Shown here in pieces: positions 18,856 through 27,367 of a stretch of DNA of 30,427 bases (positions within the stretch are counted from its first letter, which is position 1; every line of letters begins with the position of its first letter). The notes under the pieces were generated by a model, which ran no database searches, had not been told where the DNA came from, and saw nothing but the letters and a program-made list of their open reading frames with translations. The position numbers and the translations under genes are program-made. Source of the stretch: Xanthobacteraceae bacterium (GTDB lineage Bacteria; Pseudomonadota; Alphaproteobacteria; Rhizobiales; Xanthobacteraceae); contig DASXIG010000179.1 in NCBI GenBank assembly GCA_036498105.1, forward strand, positions 1 to 30,427, read 5' to 3'.

Positions 18856-19845
18856 ATGCGATTTCCAAAGCGCGTGATCGTTGTCACTGCCGCGGCAGCT
18901 TTTGCGCATGTCGGCGCGAGTCTGCCCGCCGGCGCGCAAAGCTGGCCGATGCGGCCTGTGACCATGGTGGTCGGGTTTGCGCCCGGCGGGGGTACGGATG
19001 TGCTGGCGCGCATAATCGCTCCGCGCCTCTCCGAGGTGCTGGGCCAGCAGGTCGTGATCGAGAACGTCGGCGGCGCCGGCGGAATGGTGGGGTCGGCGCG
19101 GGTGGCAAAGGCGGCGCCGGACGGCTACCAGTTCGTGCTCGGCAGCAGGGCCGATGCGATCAACCAGACGCTCTACAAGAATCCGCTCTACAACTTCGTA
19201 ACAGATCTTGCTCCCGTCGTGCTGATTGGCGAGCAGCCGATGGTGCTGGTCGCGCGCAAGGGTCTTCCGGTTGCCAACCTGCCGGAGCTCATCGCCTACG
19301 CCAGAAAGAACCAGGCCACCATGCAGTTCGGCTCGGCCGGGACCGGCTCCACCGGCCACATCGACTGCGCGCTGCTCAATGCCGCGATCGGCATCAACCT
19401 TCCGCACATCCCATACCGCGGTGGGGGTCCGGCCATGCAGGACTTGATTGCCGGACGGTTCGACTATTTCTGCACCCTCGCACCGACCGCGATGCAGCAG
19501 ATCGATGGCAATTTGGTCAAACCGCTTGCAGTATTGACCCGCAACCGCTCGCCGATGCTGCCCGGCCTTGCGAGCGCGCACGAGCAGGGGCTCGAGGATT
19601 TCGACGCCTCCACGTGGTTCGGCTTCTTCGTGCCCGCGCGTACCCCGCCCGCGATCATTGCGAAGCTCCACGACACGACTCTCGCCACCATGGATACCCC
19701 CTCCGTGCAACAGCGGCTCTTGGAAACCGGGACCGAGGTTGTCGCGCCGGAGCGCCGCTCGCCGGAATATCTGCAGCGATTCGTGGCGAGCGAGATCGAG
19801 CGGAACGCGGGCCCGATCCGGGCCGCGGGGCTCGCGATCGAGTGA
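18856..19845 (+). CDS. Bug/TctC-family tripartite tricarboxylate transporter substrate-binding protein
   Basis: WPMRPVTMVVGFAPGGGTDVLAR, ENVGGAGG, HIPYRGGGPAMQDLIAG. Confidence 0.92.
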   Translation: MRFPKRVIVVTAAAAFAHVGASLPAGAQSWPMRPVTMVVGFAPGGGTDVLARIIAPRLSEVLGQQVVIENVGGAGGMVGSARVAKAAPDGYQFVLGSRADAINQTLYKNPLYNFVTDLAPVVLIGEQPMVLVARKGLPVANLPELIAYARKNQATMQFGSAGTGSTGHIDCALLNAAIGINLPHIPYRGGGPAMQDLIAGRFDYFCTLAPTAMQQIDGNLVKPLAVLTRNRSPMLPGLASAHEQGLEDFDASTWFGFFVPARTPPAIIAKLHDTTLATMDTPSVQQRLLETGTEVVAPERRSPEYLQRFVASEIERNAGPIRAAGLAIE

Positions 19846-19857
19846 TGCTCATTTGTT

Positions 19858-20004
19858 CGTAGCCCCGCGTGCGGCAGCGAAATGCGGGGCCGTACCGGAT
19901 TTCGCTCCGCTCATCCGGACTCTTCCACCGTAGCCCACATGAGCGTAGCGAGCGTAGCGAGATGCGGGATCCCCCCGGATTTCGCTTCGCTCATCCGGGC
20001 TACG
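19858..20004. repeat. Cluster of GTAG-type REP-like palindromes (two inverted pairs, BIME-like)
   Basis: CGTAGCCC... left arms at 19858 and 19929. CCGGATTTCGCT(C/T)CGCTCATCCGG right arms at about 19895-19918 and 19975-19998, the last ending GGCTACG. A 9-nt GAGCGTAGC tandem duplication lies in the second left arm. Between convergent genes. Confidence 0.8.
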
Positions 20005-20974
20005 AAGTCTCTTGTCTCAGGCGTTCAATCGCCGTTGCGGACATCGGCTGTCCGGCGAGCCTGGCGGCGTAGATCGCAGCGCCGAGGCATGGCGACATGA
20101 TCGGCGCCCTCAGGTCGTAGCTCTCGGAATATTGCGCGATGTGCCCCCGCAGCGGAGCGATGATCAGATCTCCGGCGTTGAAGATGCCGCCGGAATAGGA
20201 GAGCGGGACGGCTTCGTCGGCTCCGAATTCCAGCGCTTGGCGTACCGCCTCGACAATGGCCGCGAGCTCGCACGCAGCACGCTCGAAAATTCGGGTAGCC
20301 GCGATATCGCCGTCGCGCGCGGCGCGGGCGACAAGCTCGGAGATGGCGGCGATGCCGCGGCGCGAGAGGTTGCTGCCGAGCCTGGCGCAGATATCGATAT
20401 CGCTATTCAAACCGAGAGTTTTCTTGAACATGGCATGGAGCGGCCCCTTGCTCAGGCGGCCGTCGCTCATGCGCGTGAAGACGTTCAGCCCCTGCACCGC
20501 GATCCAGTAGGCCGAGCCTTCATCGCTGAAGGTTTCGCCCCAGCCCCCGGCGCGGGCGGACCTGCCGTTGCGCTCGCCATAACCGATCGAGCCCGTGCCG
20601 GCGACAATGTTGATTCCGTCTTCGCCGCCGAGGGAGCCTGCCCAGGCGCAGACCATGTCGTTCCCGCACCGGTAGCGGCGATGACCGAGCAGCGGCTCCG
20701 GGAGGCGATCGAGCAGCACCTGGGCCGCGCTATCTTCGCCGTAGGCGGGTAGCCCGAAGAAGGCATGCGCGATTCCGCTCGCGGTGATCCCTGTCTTGTC
20801 GAGCAATGCAGCCAGCCCGCGCGCCAGCACGTCGCGCACGCCATCAATCCCGACCTGGAGATGATCGGATGTCGGCCCTTCGTGCGAAGCGGCGAGCCTG
20901 CCGTCGGTATCGAGCAGAACCAAGCGCGTCTTCGTGCCGCCCCCGTCGACGCCGAGGAAGAAGCCGGACCGCAT
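20000..20974 (-). CDS. BadF/BadG/BcrA/BcrD-type sugar kinase (N-acetylhexosamine kinase-like)
   Basis: LGVDGGGTKT, NDMVCAWAG, AGTGSI, GGWG..FSDEGSAYWI. Confidence 0.88.
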   Translation of the reverse strand: MRSGFFLGVDGGGTKTRLVLLDTDGRLAASHEGPTSDHLQVGIDGVRDVLARGLAALLDKTGITASGIAHAFFGLPAYGEDSAAQVLLDRLPEPLLGHRRYRCGNDMVCAWAGSLGGEDGINIVAGTGSIGYGERNGRSARAGGWGETFSDEGSAYWIAVQGLNVFTRMSDGRLSKGPLHAMFKKTLGLNSDIDICARLGSNLSRRGIAAISELVARAARDGDIAATRIFERAACELAAIVEAVRQALEFGADEAVPLSYSGGIFNAGDLIIAPLRGHIAQYSESYDLRAPIMSPCLGAAIYAARLAGQPMSATAIERLRQETS

Positions 20975-20978
20975 GGCG

Positions 20979-22154
20979 TCAGCCGATAGCGTGAATGCGC
21001 ACGCCCTGCACGACGCGATTCACCGTGCCTGAGCTGTTGGGGTTATCGGGCGAAAGGCCGCGGCTGATCGCCGCCTCGAATGCGAACATCTGCGGGGCGG
21101 CAATGAACGGGATCAGGAGATCAACATCCTCTGCATGCTCCATGGAGGGGATCAGGATTTTGTCTATGCCCGCCGGTATACCGTCATCGCGCGCAGCGAT
21201 GGCCAGGAGGCCCCCTGCCCTCCCCTCGCGCCGGATCTCCTGCAATAAATCCAGATCATATTTGTAGGTATGAGGCCGGTTGGACAGAAAGATCGTTATC
21301 AATGTTCGATCATTGATAATGGCCTTCGGCCCATGTCTGAACCCCATGGGGGAATCATGGACCGCTATCATTCCGCCATCCGTAAGCTCGAGCAGCTTAA
21401 GCGCCGCCTCGCGAGCAAGGCCTTTGAAGATATGACTCCCAAGATAGGCCACGCGCTCAAATCTCCGTGCGGCGAGTTTTTTCATCGCGTCGGCTTGGGT
21501 CCAGATCACGCTCTCGGTGGCTTGTGCTAACCGTTCGATTCGAGCTGCCATACGGTCGCCTGAGAGCGAGGCAAGCGCAGCGTAGGTCATGCAGCTGAAG
21601 CTCGAAGTCATGGCAAAGCTTCGGTCGTGGGTCTCCTCAGGCAGCAGAATGGTCATGCCCTTGCCGGATTCCGTGACCTGGCGGGCGAGCGCGCCATCGC
21701 GATTGCAGGTGATCGCAAGGTGATGGATCTCGCGCACGAGCGTGTTCGCAAGACCGACCGCAGCCACGCTCTCCGGGCTGTTGCCCGATCGGCCGAATGA
21801 AACGAGCAGCGTAGGCGTGCCGGCCTCGAAATAGAGAAACGGCGCACAGACCAGATCGGTGGTGGGGATCGCCTCCACCCGGCACGGCAACCGGGCGGCC
21901 AGATAAGGTGCGAGGCAGTCGCCGATGAAGGAGGACGTGCCGGCGCCCGCGAGGATCACGCGCGTCGCCGAATGCTCGAGCAGCGCGCGAAGGAAGCCGT
22001 GGAGAGCATCTTTGTGCGTGAGCAGAAGCTCGTGCGTCTTGCGCAACATCGCCGGTTGCTGGGCGATCTCGCGTGCGGTCCACCGCGCGCCGAGCGCCTC
22101 AAGCTCGCTTTCGCCGCGGCCGAGCAGATGAGGTTGTCCGGTTTGCTGGCTCAT
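20979..22154 (-). CDS. agaS: SIS-domain AgaS-family galactosamine-6-P deaminase / tagatose-6-P isomerase
   Basis: REIAQQP, GAGTSSFIG, SFGRSGNSPES, SFAMTSSF, KLLELTDG, GFRHGPK, PDNPNSSGTVNRVVQGV. Confidence 0.88.
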   Translation of the reverse strand: MSQQTGQPHLLGRGESELEALGARWTAREIAQQPAMLRKTHELLLTHKDALHGFLRALLEHSATRVILAGAGTSSFIGDCLAPYLAARLPCRVEAIPTTDLVCAPFLYFEAGTPTLLVSFGRSGNSPESVAAVGLANTLVREIHHLAITCNRDGALARQVTESGKGMTILLPEETHDRSFAMTSSFSCMTYAALASLSGDRMAARIERLAQATESVIWTQADAMKKLAARRFERVAYLGSHIFKGLAREAALKLLELTDGGMIAVHDSPMGFRHGPKAIINDRTLITIFLSNRPHTYKYDLDLLQEIRREGRAGGLLAIAARDDGIPAGIDKILIPSMEHAEDVDLLIPFIAAPQMFAFEAAISRGLSPDNPNSSGTVNRVVQGVRIHAIG

Positions 22155-22193
22155 TATCTTCCAAGTGAGCGTCCGGTCACGATTGCGTGCGAG

Positions 22194-22796
22194 CTAATAT
22201 CCCTGCGGACCGAACACCTCGATGCCGAATCGGCGCTCGAGCGCGCGGCCGAAGCGGTATTTCATCTCCGGGCCTTCATAGGTCATGGGGGGCGTGCGCA
22301 GGAAGCCGCTCTCGGGTTCGACCCGCAGCACCGTGAACGAGGGGCCATCTTCCGCCACGATGGCGGGCAATGCCCGCTCGAGCTCGTCGAGCTTGTCGAT
22401 GGTGCGGGCGCGCGAGATGCCCGCTGCCCGCGCTATTGCCGCGTAGTCCGTGCGTCCCTCATTCACCATGGGGAGCGCACCGACCGTCTGGTACACGCCG
22501 TTGGCGACGACGAAATGCTTCAGGTTCTTCGCGCTCTGCGAGGCTTCCGTCAGCAGGCAACCCAGGTTCATGCATAGCGAGCCATCAGCATTGATCAGCC
22601 ATACCGGCACGTGCGGAAGCGAGAGCGCAAGCCCGAGCGCAAAGCTCGCGGCAAAGCCCATCGCGCCGTGCATATAGAAGCTGTCCTCGCTCCTGGTCGC
22701 AGCCCACCACTCGTTCGCGGCCATCCCGAGGGCGCACACCGTAACTGCTTCGCCGCGACTGCGCGCAAGCAAATCGACCGCATTGCGCGCTCTCAT
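22194..22796 (-). CDS. TPP-dependent decarboxylase beta subunit (ComE / phosphonopyruvate decarboxylase-like)
   Basis: FYMHGAMG, NADGSLCMNLG...ANGVY (variant GDG..N TPP motif); ATGA overlap with the alpha gene. Confidence 0.8.
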   Translation of the reverse strand: MRARNAVDLLARSRGEAVTVCALGMAANEWWAATRSEDSFYMHGAMGFAASFALGLALSLPHVPVWLINADGSLCMNLGCLLTEASQSAKNLKHFVVANGVYQTVGALPMVNEGRTDYAAIARAAGISRARTIDKLDELERALPAIVAEDGPSFTVLRVEPESGFLRTPPMTYEGPEMKYRFGRALERRFGIEVFGPQGY

Positions 22797-23338
22797 TGCC
22801 GCGCTCCCTCGCCCTTCACCAGCCTGCGGGTGAGAAAGAGCACGAACGGCCGCTTCTGCAAGCGACAGGTCTCGAAAGCGTCTGGAATGCGGGGGATGTC
22901 CTCGGCGCGATCGATGACGTGGTAGGGAAAATCGTAGGTCTCGAGCAACGGGATGGTGCGGCGCCCCTGGACCTCCTGGTAAATGCGATGATCATCGATC
23001 GAGCCGCGCTGGCTCACCATCAGGAACACCGGGATCTGATGGCGAAGGTTGAGGGTTGCGAGCTCGCCCGTGCAGGTGAGCAGCCCGGTCGCACCCATCA
23101 GCGCCACCGCGCGCACGCCGCCAAAGAATGCGCCGCTGCAAATGGCAATGGCTTCCGCTTCGCGCGCTACCCGCACATGCCTGATCTGATTGTCCGCGGC
23201 GATCCGCTCGATCAGCGGCGCGATCCAGTCGTCGGGGAGCGAGGCCGCGAGCCGGACGCCGCATTTCGTCAGCTGCGCGTGAATCTGCGCGGTCACATCC
23301 GAAGGGGAGCTCGGGAGAGATCGAGTGTTCTCGTTCAT
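22793..23338 (-). CDS. TPP-dependent decarboxylase alpha subunit (ComD-like)
   Basis: ASLPD, HVRVAREAEAIAICSGA, QIPVFLMVSQRG. Confidence 0.8.
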   Translation of the reverse strand: MNENTRSLPSSPSDVTAQIHAQLTKCGVRLAASLPDDWIAPLIERIAADNQIRHVRVAREAEAIAICSGAFFGGVRAVALMGATGLLTCTGELATLNLRHQIPVFLMVSQRGSIDDHRIYQEVQGRRTIPLLETYDFPYHVIDRAEDIPRIPDAFETCRLQKRPFVLFLTRRLVKGEGARQ

Positions 23339-23721
23339 GGGCCGGCCGCGATCACCTCGACTTCCACCAGAAACTCCGGCCGCGAGAAGCCAGAGACGAC
23401 CATCAGCGTCGAGGCCGGCGGCGGCTCGCCGATATAGACATCACGCACCGACATGTAGCCCTTCAAATGCTCGCGCGAGACGACGAAAGCATTGATGCGC
23501 ACTATATTGGCTAAGGTAAAGCCTGCATGCTTGAGCACTGCGCCGATGTTGCGGAAGCAAAGGTGGGTCTGCTCCTCGACCGTCTCCGGTACGCGGTCCT
23601 CAGTCGAGATGCCGAGCTGGCCGGAGCATACCAGAATGCGGCTGCCCGCGGGGATCTCCACCCCGTAGCTGTAGCGCGCGAATGGGGGCCGAATGCCCGG
23701 CGGAGTAATATATTTCATCAA
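23335..23721 (-). CDS. Rid (YjgF/YER057c/UK114) family protein, non-RidA subfamily
   Basis: YSYG, SGQLG, PPPAST (Arg of the PAR motif replaced), LVEVEVIA. Confidence 0.88.
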   Translation of the reverse strand: MMKYITPPGIRPPFARYSYGVEIPAGSRILVCSGQLGISTEDRVPETVEEQTHLCFRNIGAVLKHAGFTLANIVRINAFVVSREHLKGYMSVRDVYIGEPPPASTLMVVSGFSRPEFLVEVEVIAAGP

Positions 23722-23833
23722 GCTTTGCTCCGAATGGAGAACGAAAGCGGGCGGGAACAGGCCAGAGTCCTGCTATACCAGCGGCCGGAACAGAATGTGA
23801 GTCCGCGGCAATGAATCCGGGCAAGCTCAGGGA

Positions 23834-24658
23834 ATGGGCGGCGCAACAGTTGCGGGCGATTGCGTCATGAGAAGGAAGCGTTTCTGGGCGGAGCTCAGGT
23901 CAAGCGAGTTCTCCGGCCTCGATCCGGCGTCGACCATCGCCATCTTGCCGGTCGCCGCCACTGAGCAGCATGGCCCACATCTGCCGGTCATGACCGACAC
24001 CGCCATTGCGGAGGGAATGATCCAGACGGTGCTGGCCCGGCTTCCCGCAGATCTCGACGTGCTCTTCCTGCCCATCCAGATGATCGGGAAATCCAACGAG
24101 CATCTGCGTTGCCCTGGGACCATCACCTACAGCGCGGAAAATCTCGTCCGCATCTGGGTCGAGATCGGCGAAAGCATTCACCGCACCGGCTTGCGCAAGA
24201 TGGTGATTGTCAACTCTCACGGCGGCAATACCGATGTGATCGGGATCGTGGCGCGCGAGCTTCGTGTGCGGCACAACATGCTGGTGGCTACCACGCAGTG
24301 GCGACGCTTCGGCCTGCCGGTGGGCATCTACGCGGCATTCGATGCGAGCCACGGCATTCATGCGGGCGACATCGAGACTTCACTCATGCTCCACTTTCGG
24401 CCCGACCTCGTCGACATGGGAAAGGCCAAGCTGTTTCCCTCGGCGGCCGGCGAGATGGAGAAGGACTACAAGTATCTGCGTCCCGCTGGTCAGCACGGAT
24501 TCGGCTGGATCGCGCAGGACCTCAACCCTGATGGCGCCGTGGGGGATGCATCGGCCGCGAGCGCCGATAAGGGTCGCTTGACCGCCGAGCACCAGGCCGA
24601 GGGCTTCATCGGTTTCCTGCGCGACGTCGCTCGCTTCCCGCTGGACCAGCTGGCTTAA
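23834..24658 (+). CDS. Creatininase/creatinine amidohydrolase-family protein
   Basis: LPVAATEQHGPHLP..TD, SNEH, NSHGGN, HAGDIETS metal-binding motifs. Alternative start at 23867. Confidence 0.9.
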   Translation: MGGATVAGDCVMRRKRFWAELRSSEFSGLDPASTIAILPVAATEQHGPHLPVMTDTAIAEGMIQTVLARLPADLDVLFLPIQMIGKSNEHLRCPGTITYSAENLVRIWVEIGESIHRTGLRKMVIVNSHGGNTDVIGIVARELRVRHNMLVATTQWRRFGLPVGIYAAFDASHGIHAGDIETSLMLHFRPDLVDMGKAKLFPSAAGEMEKDYKYLRPAGQHGFGWIAQDLNPDGAVGDASAASADKGRLTAEHQAEGFIGFLRDVARFPLDQLA

Positions 24659-25314
24659 GGCATCACACGGTACGTCAGAATGTCGAACCTGGGCTCGGAG
24701 GAATTCTTCGAAGCGAAGCGGATGTTCGGGCTCGGGTCGGCCCCGCCGACGAGCGGGAATATACGCTGATCGCCGTCCGCCATCGAGCATTCCAGTCGTG
24801 CAGCGACGGAATTGCGGTTTCTGAGCACATCGAACAATCGTCCCGCATTCAATGGAAACCTTGCGCTCGGCGGCAGGTCGGTGGTGGTTTGCTGTACGCT
24901 TCTCTGCCGGATCATGGTCGTCATGCGCACGCCGTACCCGCCGGTGCCGAACGATTGGGTTGCGTGTCGCTGCGATTGGAACAGCACTGGTCCGTTCTGG
25001 ACGAAGTCGCATGGGCTGCCGGACATCAGGGGCAGGCACTGCGGTATGCCGTTCGTGTCAGTCACATCGAGGATGATGTCCGCACCGGTGGGAACAATCT
25101 CGGCGGTGCAGTTTTGCGGGCCTCCGTCGGCGGTCTGGCACGACCCCTCGGCGCGCAAGCCGATAGGGGCATCGACAGTCGTCGCAATGGTTTGAATGGC
25201 GACACAGGTTCCGATCTGCTTGATCGCGCCGGGCGGCAGTGATTGCGCGCATACCTGATCGACGCAGGCGCCCAGCAAGGCGAGCACGGCGAGACGACCG
25301 ATCCAGCTCCTCAT
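24655..25314 (-). CDS. Hypothetical exported or lipoprotein, Cys-rich
   Basis: N-terminal MRSWIGRLAVLALLGAC signal/lipobox-like segment; 8 Cys; fills the gap between two recognisable genes. No family recognised. Confidence 0.7.
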   Translation of the reverse strand: MRSWIGRLAVLALLGACVDQVCAQSLPPGAIKQIGTCVAIQTIATTVDAPIGLRAEGSCQTADGGPQNCTAEIVPTGADIILDVTDTNGIPQCLPLMSGSPCDFVQNGPVLFQSQRHATQSFGTGGYGVRMTTMIRQRSVQQTTTDLPPSARFPLNAGRLFDVLRNRNSVAARLECSMADGDQRIFPLVGGADPSPNIRFASKNSSEPRFDILTYRVMP

Positions 25315-25329
25315 GGCGCAGCACCTACT

Positions 25330-25404
25330 GTTAGCCTCGCATTGAGCGATGGCGAAATGCGCGGCTGGGCTCCCCGAAATTCGCTGTGCTCAATCCGGGC
25401 TACG
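25330..25404. repeat. Degenerate inverted pair of GTAG-type REP-like palindromes
   Basis: GTTAGCCTCGCATTGAGCGATGGCGAAATGCG ... CCCCGAAATTCGCTGTGCTCAATCCGGGCTACG, related to the 19858-20004 elements. Confidence 0.65.
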
Positions 25405-27355
25405 CAGGTAAGCGCGGGCGCAGCAGCCCCTTGATGATCTTGCGAGTGGGAGTCAGCGGCATCTCGCCGATAAGCTCGAGGCGCTCCGGCCATTTCATCT
25501 TGGCGACGCCATTGTTGTGCAGCCATTCGCAGATTTCCTCGAGCGTCACGCTCTCGCCCTCGCGCGACACCACGAAGGCGCAGGCCTTCTCGCCCATGAT
25601 ATCGTCGCGCATGGGCACGAGAGCCGATTGCAGCACCTTGGGGTGTTTGTCGATGAGCACTTCCACATCGACGGGATTGATTTTTATTCCGCCGCGATTG
25701 ATCAAGTCCTTCAGGCGGCCGGTGATCTGAAAATTGCCTTCGGCGTCGCGGCAGGCGAGGTCGCCGGTGCAAAACCAGCTGTCGGCAAATGCGACCCCGT
25801 TCGCCTGCGGATTGTCATAATACCCGGCGAAAACAGAGGGGCCGCGGATGTGCAATTCGCCGGAATCCGTATCGGCCACGGGCTGGCCAGCTTCATTGAC
25901 GATGCGCACTTCAATCTCCGGGGTGGGACGTCCGACGCATCCGCAGCGTACCCCCTCGGCATCGTCGGGCCGCGTGTTCAAACCCATGAACAGCTCGGTC
26001 ATCCCCCACATCTGCATGACCTTGCCGGCCGGCATTCGCTGCTGCAGCGCCTCGGCAAGCTGCGGCGGACACGTGGAACCGGAGATCGTCGCAAGGCGGA
26101 GAGATGCGAGGTCGGCCTCCTGCAAGAGCCCGGCCTTGAGACAAGCGGCGACATGGGCCGGCGCGGCGAACAGAAGCGTCGGCCGGCCTTGCACAATGGT
26201 CTGCGCGAACAGGTCGGGCCGGAATGCCGGCAGCAGCAGCTGCGTGGCTCCGACCGAGAGCGCGAAGTTGATGATGCAGATGCCGAACGCGTGCGTAAAC
26301 GGCGCTCCGCTCATGAGGATGTCGTTGCCGCGGAGCTCATAGAGCGGTCCGCACAGGCGGTTGTTCGCCAGCATGGTGTAGGAGCTGTGGACCACCGCCT
26401 TCGGCGCGGCGGAGGTCCCGGAGGTGAAGCAGAGGATTGCCGGATCGGCCGCCACCCCTGGGTTGCGGATATCCTCGAACGGGCCGGTCTCGATCAGCTG
26501 CTGCAATGAGAGCGTGCCGGGTCGCGCGGGGCCCCCGATAGTTACGATGTGCGCGAGACTGTGGACCTCGTTGCGCAACGCGAGGAACATTTCCACCGGC
26601 ACATACTCGCCGACGGGAGGGCCGCAGATGGCAAGCCGCGCCCTCGCGTGGCGCAGAAGCGGCGCCATCTCGCGCGCGCGGTAGGGCATGTGCATGGGCG
26701 CCACAATCGCGCCCATCATGGTCGCGGCAAAATAGGCGAGCATGAACTCCGGCACGTTCGGAAGCTGGACGGCGATGACGTCGCCCTTGCGCAGACCGAG
26801 CGCGGTAAGCGCCCGCGCAAGCCGCTCGGCCCGCCGCCAGGCCTCGCGGTAGCTCAACGTCGCATCGGGCGCGACGATGGCCGGCTTGTCGGGCGTCTCG
26901 CGCGCGAAGCGCGCGAGCCAGCGCGGGACGGTATCCCCGTTCCAGTGGCGCTGCTCAAGCATGCGCTCGACATGCGCGGGCACAAATTCGACCCCTTCGC
27001 GCAGACGCTCAGCTTCGGGGCTGAGTGCAAAGCGCTCCTCTCGACTCACGTAGCGCTCTTCCCGATAGCGTTTGCCTGCACCTAGGCCGAGTATGCGTTG
27101 ATAATGGCCGGTGCGAAAGCGGCGATGCTCCATGATGATGCGGATGGTGCGCGCCTGCTCGAGCGAAAGCCCCAGGCGTGCCCCGATCTCCGCATCCGAC
27201 ATGCCGAGATCGGCGCGCTCGCGGTCGATGATATCGAACTGCTTGAGGCGGACCGGGTCGCCGCGACGGACCTGGATGTTGTTGGAGAGCCGAAAGACGA
27301 GGTCGCCATAGCCTGCAATCATGCTCTCAGTGACGCCGTACTTCTGGGCGGGCAC
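25400..27355 (-). CDS. Acyl/aryl-CoA ligase (ANL adenylate-forming) with an N-terminal HTH-like extension of about 125 aa
   Basis: FTSGTSAAPK P-loop, WGMTE, TGDL, GRLKDLINRGG, terminal TRKIIK Lys; closest to cyclohexanecarboxylate-CoA ligase-like enzymes by recall. N-terminal GMSDAEIGARLGLSLEQARTIR. Confidence 0.85.
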   Translation of the reverse strand: MPAQKYGVTESMIAGYGDLVFRLSNNIQVRRGDPVRLKQFDIIDRERADLGMSDAEIGARLGLSLEQARTIRIIMEHRRFRTGHYQRILGLGAGKRYREERYVSREERFALSPEAERLREGVEFVPAHVERMLEQRHWNGDTVPRWLARFARETPDKPAIVAPDATLSYREAWRRAERLARALTALGLRKGDVIAVQLPNVPEFMLAYFAATMMGAIVAPMHMPYRAREMAPLLRHARARLAICGPPVGEYVPVEMFLALRNEVHSLAHIVTIGGPARPGTLSLQQLIETGPFEDIRNPGVAADPAILCFTSGTSAAPKAVVHSSYTMLANNRLCGPLYELRGNDILMSGAPFTHAFGICIINFALSVGATQLLLPAFRPDLFAQTIVQGRPTLLFAAPAHVAACLKAGLLQEADLASLRLATISGSTCPPQLAEALQQRMPAGKVMQMWGMTELFMGLNTRPDDAEGVRCGCVGRPTPEIEVRIVNEAGQPVADTDSGELHIRGPSVFAGYYDNPQANGVAFADSWFCTGDLACRDAEGNFQITGRLKDLINRGGIKINPVDVEVLIDKHPKVLQSALVPMRDDIMGEKACAFVVSREGESVTLEEICEWLHNNGVAKMKWPERLELIGEMPLTPTRKIIKGLLRPRLPA

Positions 27356-27367
27356 GAGCTTTTCTCG

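Noticed and set aside
19858-20004. CRISPR-like array
   Set aside because: Units are inverted, degenerate and lack unique equal-length spacers; no cas genes. A REP cluster explains it better.
22194-23338. Phosphonate biosynthesis cluster
   Set aside because: No PEP mutase or other phosphonate genes in the window; the decarboxylase pair alone is insufficient.
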